Shown here in pieces: positions 35,309-45,439 of a stretch of DNA of 64,000 nt; position 1 is the stretch's first letter, and the number at the start of each line of letters is the position of its first letter. The notes under the pieces were generated by a model that was not told the DNA's origin, ran no database searches, and worked only from the letters and a program-made list of their open reading frames with translations. Made by a program: the position numbers and the translations under genes. The stretch is from the NCBI GenBank assembly GCA_047967505.1, contig CM106538.1; one strand, written 5' to 3'. The DNA comes from Dipteris shenzhenensis (lineage: Eukaryota).

Positions 35309-38284
35309 TGTTGAGAGTTGTGGTGCCATGAGCAGATGTAGAGCAAAGGTATGAGTAAAGGGCAAGCTGCCACACGGCATGGAGGAGATATCCCACATGT
35401 GAGCAAGCATATGGATGTAAGTACCCTCACCTATAAAAGGGAGGTTCATTTGAAGTAATATCAATCAAGCACTTTGCACTATCTCAAGATTGTCTTTATG
35501 AGTCCAAGCTAATCTATCTTGTAACCTAATTGACTTGAGTTATAGATCATGATAACTCTTAGGATTCATCCACCTTAGATTAGTATTGTCATTAGAGTAG
35601 ATTAGGGTCCATAGGAGAGCTCGGTCCATGTGATTCAACATGGTATCAAAGCTTAGGTCCTAGCTCTCCTAGATTAGATGTAGATTTTTTGATTGAGAGA
35701 TTTTCGTCAACATCTGAGAGACATTTCTTCTATTGACAGATTGTGTGAAAGAGAGACCTATGTTCTTATTCTGATAGTTTTTTGAGAGAGAGAGGTGTGA
35801 GCAAGGCAGGCTCAGTTTTTGAAATAGAGAGAAGGATCCTCAAGGCTCTCTAACCTTGACAACCACAAAAGCACCTTCATGCTTCCAATGTCCAACACAA
35901 AGCTCACGGGCAGCCCATCTCTCCTTGACCGACGATAGCTCCAAGTGCCTTCATGATAGACTATGAAAGATAGACCTCTCCAAATCGTCTGCCTTCAGCT
36001 AGCTCCATCCCATCTAGCTCTAGAGCTTCTCCAACAATGACCTTAGCTGCAGCATGCTCCATACAAAGTCTCTCCTTCACCAAACGATTGCTCTAGTCCA
36101 TCGTGATGCCTGTCCCTACTCTCCAGTTGCAAGAAACATGCCCATCAAATGCATTCTATAGCCTCAGCTACAATAGCAAATCCACCAAAGCTAGCAGCAG
36201 TGACTTTAGCTCCAACACCTTAACGACCACCTGCATTTCCTTCACTGCCTGTAATTTCATTGTGCCAAAGCTCACGTAGCTGACCCACATGCATTCCATT
36301 TGACCTTCTCCAAACAGATCCTCTTCTTGCAGCCAGCTAGCCCAGCTGGTGCACCTTCTCCACCAACTTTTGCCAGCATCTCTAGCAACTCTTGCAAGTC
36401 ACATGTGGCCTCACCCGACTCTAGTCTCAACATGCAGAAGCGGTTCCGTCCGTCCATAGCTCCAAGTGCTTTCAACCATCTACTGCTTTCGATTGCCTAG
36501 CCTCTTCTTCGCAAGCCTCCCGTCTGACACGCAACCCTACAGCTATGGAGATCATCGTTTGCGTCGCCTTCACCGTGTCGATATCGTTGCTGCAGATCTC
36601 AAAGTTTTCTATTCATTCTTGTCTAAGGTCTACCTTAGGACATGTGGTAGCTATTGGCAAAGACACGTGGTAGGATAATCTTTAACTATGATTAAGTTTA
36701 GCCTTACCTTGATGAATGGTTAAGTTAACTCACCACACTAAACCATGGTTAAGTTTAGGTGTAAGATTAGTTAACTGCCACATGTCAACCTCTTGCCAGG
36801 CACAGTTGCCTCCTCATAGGCACAGTTTGAATTCAGCATATGAACAACCTCTGCCACATCATCAAAGGCCCTCTTCTTCAAGAAAATTTCGACAAGCCAT
36901 AACTCCCAATACAGAAAGAATTTGCACACGCTTCTAAAAAGAAAAATAATTGGTTTCTCGAGCTCTACATGCCTGTCAACTCAAATTTTTTGTATGCAAT
37001 CAGACACTGCCAGATTTGAAAGTATCTTCAACTAGTAAGACCTTTGCAATGGCAATACACACCCCAACTGTTGAGAAGTTCACTAGGGAAGGATTTCACA
37101 CATGGTGTACACAAATGAGGTATCTCCTGATGCATCAAAAGCTTTGGAATACTGTACAAGAAGACATACCCACAACACAAAATGATGCATGAAAGGAAAA
37201 AGACGAAGCAGCACTATCACTCATTGGATTGCACTTAGGTCCAAACATAATTCATCATATAGACTCCAAGGATCATGCCAAGGATGCATGGGATGAGTTG
37301 AACAAAGTGTTTGTGCAAAGCCAAAAACCAAGAAATCCATCTTAAGATTTAATTCTATGGTATGCACATGGGCTTCAATGAATCCATGGCATAATTTGTC
37401 AACAAAATCAAAAGCATTATGACCCAACTAGAAGGCATAAATGCAAAAGTAGGGGAGAAAAATGCACTTGCAATTCTCCTTAAAAGCATGCCTATAGAGT
37501 ATAGTGCACTGACAACCCCTTTGAAGAATTTGCCAAATCCAAAGTTTGAGGAATATGTATCCTCTCTTCTTAAAAAAGAAAGAGAGTTAAAGGCATCGAC
37601 ATCTACATCAACACACAACAACTATAATGAAGAACAAGCACTATTCAGTAAAACATCAACGAAGGACTACCATTGCGGAAGGATGGGTCACTATCAAAGT
37701 GACTACAGACTGAAGAACAAACCAAAGTGTCACCATTGCAAGAAGCTCAGACACAAGGAAGAAGATTGCATATTGAAGAACCAACAGGTCAACTACACAG
37801 TATCATCATCAAGCCATGAGCCAAAAGGTGACATCAATGGAATGTATTGAGAAACAAAAAACCTTGCCAACCTTGCCTATATTTTGTTAATCAAACTTGA
37901 CCACCTGAGAGTAGCTATGAAAGCACCCAAGGGAGGATTTGATCTTGTAACTCACATCTGACCACCTTGTAGTAGCCAAAGGATCATGGCATCAAGGGGA
38001 GGTGTTGAGAGTTGTGGTACGATGAGCACATGTAGAGCAAAGGTATGAGTAAAGGGCAAGCAACCACATGGCATGGACGAGATATCCCACATGTGAGCAA
38101 GCATATGGATGTAAGTACCCTCACCTATAAAAGGGAGGTTCATTTGAATTAATATCAATCAAGCACTTTGGACTATCTCAAGATTCTCTTTATGAGTCCA
38201 AGCTAATCTATCTTGGAACCTAATTAACTTGATCATTAGAGTAGATTAGGGTCCATAGGAGAGCTCGGTCCATGTGATTCAACA
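35309..38284 (+). mobile_element. Complete Gag-only LTR retroelement (TR-GAG-like), 2976 bp
   Basis: LTRs 35309-35640 and 38003-38284 (TG...CA); TSD TGCAT on both sides; PBS TGGTATCAAAGC at 35641; PPT AAGGGGAGG at 37994-38002; gag only. Confidence 0.93.
37049..37850 (+). pseudogene. gag: Gag of the TR-GAG-like element (stops and frameshift)
   Basis: VEKFTREGFHTW, LLKSMPIEY..LKNLPNP and two knuckle-like motifs; homologous to the Gag at 6575-7417. Confidence 0.88.
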
Positions 38285-38904
38285 TGCATGTGGTCTTCAT
38301 TTATTGCATGAGGTGTATTGGAGAGGAGTGTCCTAAAAATTTCTCCACTTGTGATCTTCGAGGAGTGCAAGTGGGTTTTTCGACATGGTCACTCTTGTGG
38401 TGCTAAGGACTCGGATGGGCAAGTCTATTTCAATGAGGGAATCTAGGTTCATTGATGCTTTGAACAGATGTCTAGGAAGTGTTTTGGCTGCAGATTTCAT
38501 GTTCTTTTATGTGGTGGAATCGATTTGGGTTTTCCCCTAGAGATTGTCATTCTAGGGAGGACTTTGGGGAGAGAGATTGTGGGTGTGTGGTTCCTGTTTT
38601 TGTATAAAAGGGGTATACATTTTGGTTATACGTTTTTTAGTGGTGTTCTTTTCGTTTTGTTAGTACACCTATGGTTGATCATCTAGGGTCTCCTTAATTC
38701 ATCGAAACAGAAAGTAATACATTTGGGGCAAGGTGTCATCAGGAATCTAGAGCACTTCTCCAAATTGGCGCTTCTTGATTGAAATGTCCATCATGTGCGT
38801 TCACAAGCTCGTAAACATTATGGAAAATGAGTAAACATTCATGTGGAAGGACAAAGTTCGAGCAAAATTTTTGGTTCCCCATAGATTTTTATTGGTGTGT
38901 TGCT

Positions 38905-39176
38905 TGTGTGGGTTGTATTTTTATGTTTTCACTGTGTTCTGTTATGCCTTGCAAACATTGCAAAGGCATATAGCAAGGTGTAGAAGAAATCCCTAGGGGG
39001 AGAGCTCAAGCATGAAGGATATGATTGGTAAGGGATGTTTGTGTGGGTTGTATTTTTATGTTTTCATTATGTTCTGTTATGCCTTGCAGACGTGCAAAGG
39101 AATATAGCAAGGTATAGAAGAAATCTCTAGGGGGAGAGCTCAAGCATGAAGGATATGGTTGGTAAGGGACATTTGT
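38905..39176. repeat. Tandem duplication of a ~136-bp unit, possibly within a hAT transposase relic
   Basis: Two adjacent copies of TGTGTGGGTTGTATTTTTATG...GGTAAGGGA; downstream VGRSVACIFYANG (~39388-39426) resembles the hAT IARFFYANG motif. Confidence 0.75.
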
Positions 39177-40109
39177 GATACGAAAGTTCATCGTTCACCT
39201 TCTTCTATCCTTATTGCCTCTCCTAGGAAAGCAACAAAAGAAGTACAATTGCTGAAGCATTTGGCTATAAAAAAGTCAGCCAAAAAATCTTTGTCTATGG
39301 CCTTCCATGTGGCCACGAAGGGAGTGTATGCTAAAGGTGGGGTTTACTATGTGCTCTTTCGACATGAGTCTAAAGAATCAATTTGACGTTGGCAGATCTG
39401 TTGCATGCATTTTTTACGCAAACGGTAGCCTCTCGAGCTACTACTGCACTTATAGTGTTTGCAGAAGGACACTTATCAGATTAGAGCAATATTTGAAGGT
39501 CACCCCCCTGGTATGGTTGTCGTAGGATTCTTTTTGAATTATAGCATTGTGTGTAAATACTTCTTTATGTCATAGAGGTGGATCGACTCTTTAGAAGGAA
39601 GGAGTTTAAATTTGCTGTAATTTTTCTTGTGAATAACAAGGCTCATAGATTTCATTACAAACGTCATGCTTTTAGTCTTGAGCAAGACTTATGGGTTCTA
39701 TTACAACAAAGTTCATGCTTGTAGTTGCAAATTACTTTGAATGTTTTTAGTGTTAAGAGTAGGCCATAGAGTAATATGTGTGTTCACATTCATCACATAA
39801 ACAATCATAGCAACCTCAAAACATCATAATATTAGGCCATTGCATTCTTGTTGCTTGGAAAGAAGAGAACCTTTTTGTGAGAGTAACACATTGCCACCTC
39901 AATTAATGCCCCATACATCTTGTATGCAAAATTGCAATGAGTAGAGCATCTTTGTTAACGAAATATGAAAAGATAAGAGAGCCCTTATTGCAATTTGACG
40001 ATCGGAATGCAGGTGCACTAATCCTATGTCCTAGCACCTTCATATGGGGTATCGGGGGGGTGGAAATTCATTGCCGCCGTCGATTGACATAAGCTAAGTA
40101 ATAGATTGC

Positions 40110-40690
40110 ATCAAGTAGCGATTTGTGTTTGAAGGCAAACTATTGGCAAAGTATGGTACATACAAAGCAAAGGATGCCAACTATCACATGTGTACGAGGG
40201 TAGACTTCACAAAGAGACATAATTGTGAGACAATCACACTAGTTGCTCCCCACCCATACGTCGAACAATTCAAAGATGTGTTTCAGCAAGATTGGTTCTA
40301 TACAATGAATGACCATGGCAAAGAGGATCACACAGGAGGGAGGGACTTCATATAGTACTCATTGCATGTCGGTGCAATGACGATGATAATGAGAGGAGAA
40401 TCATTTGACAGCACTATCACTTTACTTCGTTACCATGTCATTGTGACATATGTGCCATATGCCAGCTCATTGATAAGGTCTCTTAATGGCACAATCTCCA
40501 CAATTGTGGACACTATATCGTTTGTCATAATCAAGGTCGACACTGGCAACACAACCGCTAACCAATTACTCATGGTGGCTGATTGTCTAAGAGATGAAGA
40601 TTGTGCTCGAGTGAGTTCTCTTTCCTGAACTTACCATTACCAAAAATTTTTTGATGAAACGTGACTCACACTTTCATATGTCGGAGTTAT
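40110..40690 (+). pseudogene. Possible RPA1-like tandem OB-fold fragment (Helitron-type cargo?)
   Basis: Consecutive in-frame ORFs: ITLVAPHPYVEQFKDVFQQDWFYTMN and IVDTISFVIIKV...LLMVAD resemble OB-fold strand patterns by eye only. Confidence 0.35.
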
Positions 40691-40692
40691 CG

Positions 40693-40917
40693 TTCATAGG
40701 TGAGGACAAGAACATTATGGCCCACCTTGTTTAGGAGTACAATGAATATGTACAATTTGAAGAAGATCTCATATATGCATGCGAATAATATGCTTGGCGT
40801 ATTCATAGGTGAGGGCAAGAACATTATGGCCCACCTAGTTTAGGAGTACAATGAAGAAGGAATCGTTATGTACACTTTCAAGAAGATCTCATATATGCAT
40901 GCTAATAATATGCTTGC
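40693..40917. repeat. Tandem duplication of a ~110-bp unit
   Basis: TTCATAGGTGAGG(A/G)CAAGAACATTATGGCCCACC...AATAATATGCTTG occurs twice. Confidence 0.9.
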
Positions 40918-42516
40918 TCCATGATCTTCAGCCTCAAGCATCGCCAACGACTGCTCCATATGTGCAACGACTCTCTTGCACGAGGCCTACCACCTTCTCA
41001 AGAGCAACTCTCAACCGATAGACCACCTAGAGAGTCTTCAACGGCGAGCATCTGCTCACAGCCAACCAGCAAAAGCGCATATGCTCCTCCAAGTGAGCAC
41101 ATGTTCCCGATGGCTCCTCCAATGGCCGTGTTCATCAACAAAATCCCACGAGACATCTACAATGCCCGACTCCTACCGGCAACCACATTCAGCGACCTGT
41201 GACCCACATCAAGACGATAGAGCAGCAGCATCCTTGCCTACAATCGCATGCATCTTGACAACCCAGCTTCTACGCTCCTTAGCAACAATGTCGACCACCA
41301 CGAGTGCTATTCTCGACACCAGAGCTGCAGCACCTCCCACAGGGCCGATGCCCACGAGCTGCAGCAGTACTCCATGCAACCAAGCAGACTGCAACGCCAT
41401 CAACCTCCAGCAGTGGACTTCTTCAGAGCAACCGGCAGTCCTCCAATGACGTCCTCATCTCTAGTAGCCCCGAGGGATCGAATGTCTAGCCACAACCAAC
41501 AGCCTCCACGCAACCTCCCTCAAAGCTCACGGACAAAAAACTACAAAACAGCCGCCTCACAAACTGCTCAGAGCTGCACAATGTTGCACACGTCCTTCAC
41601 AACATCAAACGGCTCAAAGAGCGCGAGACAACGGAGCTCCTTCCAGCATCGAGCAGCAATGGAGGACGTAGCCCTCATACCACCCGACAGCTCACCTCTA
41701 GAACATCCTTACGAAGAGCCAGGCCTCAATCCTACAGCCCATGTAAGATCCTCCACTCGCAACAGAGACGCACGAGCAGAACCATATAGACAAACCAACA
41801 AACGACTGTGGGCGTCGATAGAGATGACGACGATCAGTGACAGAGTCTTTGCAACTGACGGAATCTTATAGAATCTTTAGATTTTGGATGACATCTTTTT
41901 AGATTCCGGTGGCATCTCTTCCGGGGGTTACCACACACTAGGTGTGATCTAGTAGAGGCCACATGGCAGCTCTTATCTAGTTGGCCACATCATTAGCTTA
42001 GCAGCCATAGCACCATGTGCCATGTAAGCATCTTATCTTCCATGTGGCAAATCTCGACTAACATGCCAGCAATCTATTCCAAGTGCCACGCTAGCTATAC
42101 CTCTCTACCATGCATCAAAGACCCCCATCACAAGGCTGAAAGGTCAACCATTGACAGCACTGCCACATCAACACTTTTGACACGTCATCAATGGCCACTT
42201 GCCATATGATACCTCAGCAGGTCCAGACAATATGCCATGTTATCATAATGCCTCCTAGGCACAGGTCTCTACACAGAAATAGTTTTTCAGTTAGCATGTG
42301 ACCCACAATGCCACCTCATCACAAGCCACATCATCCATTTGGACCCCCTCCTTGGACAAAGTTTTGGCATAGATTTCAAATGCCCATATCTTTTGATCCA
42401 AATGGAATTTTGTAGTGCTCCAAAAGGCAATATTGCTCGGTAGCTTGCGCTGTACGCACCTATCACATCAGATCTCACATATTAGATTTTCACAGGCTAG
42501 CATCATCAAAACCTCA

Positions 42517-43101
42517 TCATCGGAACCATCTCCTGATCCTTTGCATCTTTGCAAGCATATATCTCTTCTCGATGTCATTCCTGTATCTAGTCTGGTAGAG
42601 ATCAGCTTCATGAGCAAAGTCACTATCTTTAAACTCTTTAAAGGCTTTGAGAAATTCTCCACGCTTTTGAAATTTGGCTTCCTTTAACTGAGGATCATCT
42701 TCAGGAAGTCTCAGAAACTTCATTGGACGGAGAGTGTCATTGCCCGCAAATGGAGTTTTAGCATTCCTGGTTTCTTCATACAACTTGCGTGCAAAATGTA
42801 CATCCAGCTTCCATTTATTTATGAACAAGGAAGCTCGATCAATGAATGGTGTGATGATGAGAAATTGTACCAATCCCCAAATATATCCCTCGTCTTCAGG
42901 AGGATGTAAAATTTCCACACTTACAAAAAAATCAGCAAATGCATCTTCTTCCTCCTCTGTATCCTCATTGTCACTATCCAATTGCTTGCCTGGTGCTAAA
43001 TAACCTGCACTCACTTGGTCTGCATGTGGAGTTGGAGTTCTTTTTTCTCTCTTAATTGGAATAGCTATGGGAGTTGATCCACAACAAGACAAAGCCCCCA
43101 T
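42517..43101 (-). CDS. Orphan 194-aa ORF with an MGxxxCC N-terminus and an acidic tract
   Basis: Uninterrupted, globular-looking ORF (MGALSCCGS...DSDNEDTEEEEDAF...); no family recognised. Confidence 0.5.
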   Translation of the reverse strand: MGALSCCGSTPIAIPIKREKRTPTPHADQVSAGYLAPGKQLDSDNEDTEEEEDAFADFFVSVEILHPPEDEGYIWGLVQFLIITPFIDRASLFINKWKLDVHFARKLYEETRNAKTPFAGNDTLRPMKFLRLPEDDPQLKEAKFQKRGEFLKAFKEFKDSDFAHEADLYQTRYRNDIEKRYMLAKMQRIRRWFR

Positions 43102-43109
43102 AGACACGC

Positions 43110-43351
43110 ACACAGACGTGTTTACTGAACTAAATAAAAAACTTACGGGCGCCTCTATATGTGCATCTATTTTTGCATCTGGAGACCCGCGTCTACCAAC
43201 GCGTCTATATAGTAGACACACGTGCGTATAGATGCGCACATAGATGCTAAAATAGATGCGCTATTAAACGCGTTTATAGACGCAAAAATAAACGCTTGTC
43301 CAACAGATAGACGCGTATATAGACGCATTTATAGACGCACTGATAGCCGTG
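43110..43351 (-). mobile_element. CMC-type (CACGG) transposon terminus with ATAGACGC subterminal repeats
   Basis: Ends ...CACTGATAGCCGTG (reverse complement CACGGCTATCAGTG); many (A)TAGACGC / GCGTCTA motifs in both orientations; composition changes abruptly at 43351. Confidence 0.55.
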
Positions 43352-43549
43352 CTTTATAATATATTTTTTAAAATTTACAGAATGCTGTGTATGTTGTGTA
43401 TGCTATATAGTTACAAGAATCCCATATCCACATTGTGTAATTTAATTCTTACAGCCAACCATATTTTAATTACAATTCCAAATAAAACATTACAACTCCA
43501 AAACGCACTAAAATTGAAAGCTCAAAAAGTGCTTGTATATACATATAGC

Positions 43550-43680
43550 ACGAAGCTAAGCCACGTCATGTGGCTTCAAGTACAAAAAATAAGGAAGCTA
43601 AGCCACGTCATGTGGCTTCAAGTACAAAAAATAAGAGGAGTCTATATACAGACAAGCCAGTGGCTTTAAGTACAAAAAAG
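43550..43680. repeat. 42-bp tandem repeat with an internal hairpin (AAGCCAC...GTGGCTT)
   Basis: Two full copies plus a partial copy. Confidence 0.85.
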
Positions 43681-43699
43681 AGTAGCTAGCACTACTTCT

Positions 43700-44530
43700 A
43701 CGACTAATCCTCGCTACCTTCCACACTCCCTTCTGTGCTCCCTTCTACGCCTCCTTCCTCGTCTTCCTCATCGTCTTGTGCACGGGCCTGTAAACAAGGG
43801 ACAACATATATTCAATGTATGAAAAATCAAATCTTTACTTATAATTTTGGCATTATTTAATTACTTTCAAATACCTCGGGGGCCGCTCTGGGTATACTGC
43901 TCCTCAGTAATCAACCCGTCATCATAGAAGTGCCTCCATGTATCTCCTCTGCAATGGTGGCGGTGGTAGGCTATCTCCACAGGAGTAGGGTATCTGCCCA
44001 CGATCTCAAGCTGCAAGACGACACACTTTGCGGAGGGATTAGTACAAAGAAACAACCTCCTAATAAACTACATAAGCAATATAATTTGAGATCGATACTT
44101 ACAAATTGGGCCTCCCATGATTCAACACCCCCTGCTCCAAAATGCGCTCTTTCATATTCCTCCATCTGGATCCTTCGTGCCTCCACGTGCTGCAAACTGG
44201 GGTCCTCCCTCACTGACTTCATTGCTTTCTTCCACTCACTCTTATGAGCGGTGTGGGGCGGGCCCCTTGGTGGTTGACCTCCCTCAAGCCTGGCAAGCTC
44301 CACTAGTGCCTGCCTCTTAAGCGAAGATCTTTTATTGCCAAGTATCGTAACAATCTTTGACTTGGCCCATTTATCTGTGAACTGGCGATTGGGGGGGTTA
44401 GGATGCCTAGAGTGAACAGCAACGAGGGTCTCATCAGCCAACCTCTTGGCTGGTCTTTGAAGTGGATAAAGCGATCTCTGTAATTGTTAGCAATTACAGA
44501 GCGCATGAAGGCCATGATGTCCTTCCCCTG
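43700..44530 (-). pseudogene. Spliced TnpA/Ptta-like transposon accessory gene fragment
   Basis: Exons ~44528-44103, 44010-43875 and 43787-43704 with GT-AG junctions; HFGAGG..W..QF|LEIVGRYPTPVE resembles En/Spm TnpA-like proteins; acidic tail; frameshifted. Confidence 0.5.
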
Positions 44531-44857
44531 CATATATGTGCCACCTCATCATTCCACATCATAGGGACTGTTGGAGCCATGTCATCACACCTTGCCACCT
44601 TGGCATACCTCGTCAACATTGCCACATCACCAATCCCTCCACCTCAATTTGCCATGTCAATCTACCACCTCATGAATGCCAACTCATCATGCCACATCAC
44701 ATTTCCACGTCATGGAAGAGACTCATATATTCCACACCATATTGCCACATCATCACCATGCATGGTGCCACATCAGCCACATGTATACACATCATGATGA
44801 TGGCGAGCCACATCATCAACATGCATGGTAAGTTATACATGCGTGTGATTTGAGTGC

Positions 44858-45196
44858 GTGAGGCATAGAATACCTCGATCGAGGTTTATGATCACGATGT
44901 GCATGAGGCATAGAATACCTCGATCGAGGTTTATGACCGCAATGTGCATGAGGCATAAAATACCTCGATCGAGGTATTCTATGCCTCGATCGAGATTATG
45001 ACCACAGTGCACGTGAGGCATAGAATACCTCGATTGAGGTATTCTATGCCTCACGCACATTGCCGTCGTGAGGCATAGAATACCTCGATCGAGGTTTATG
45101 ACCACGGTGTGCGTGAGGCATAGAATACCTCGATCGAGGTTTATGACCGAAGCATAGGATACCTCGATCGAGGTTTATGACCACAATCGAGGTATT
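44858..45196. repeat. Left subterminal array of the TACCTCGATCGAGGT palindrome (~45-bp units)
   Basis: About 9 copies of GAGGCATAGAATACCTCGATCGAGGTTTATGA; includes a 44-bp near-perfect palindrome at 45012-45055. Confidence 0.95.
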
Positions 45197-45439
45197 TAGA
45201 GTAACCACAAAAATTAGTTTCAAAACAAAATCCAACGTAATTTAGTAGCCGATTATTTTCAATCTTAGCACCTTCTCCACCAATAATAATCAAGAGCAAT
45301 CTAGTGGATGAGTAAGAGCAATCTAGTGGATGAGTTGAGGCTCTCTATAAGACACCACGTTTTGGTTCATTTCACCCATTCTTAGCCATTCTTGCCTCCC
45401 CATCACTTTGTCACACCTTCCATCCTACTTTCATTGAGA

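Noticed and set aside
35190-38700. LINE ORF2 3' relic hosting the TR-GAG element
   Set aside because: Only Trp-rich hints in the flanks; too decayed to support a call without a search.
40976-41871. 157-aa and 207-aa Ser/Thr/Gln-rich ORFs
   Set aside because: C/A-rich, stop-poor leader-like sequence with open frames in several phases and no domain signature.
42407-42417. TTTTGTAGTG as a CACTA terminus
   Set aside because: No subterminal repeats or partner end; the flanking sequence reads as continuous LTR-leader-like DNA.
44850-44860. GAGTG at 44852 as the left terminus of the Sola-like element
   Set aside because: Matches only 5 bp of the expected GAGTGAAAATACAAAGG and there is no TSD.
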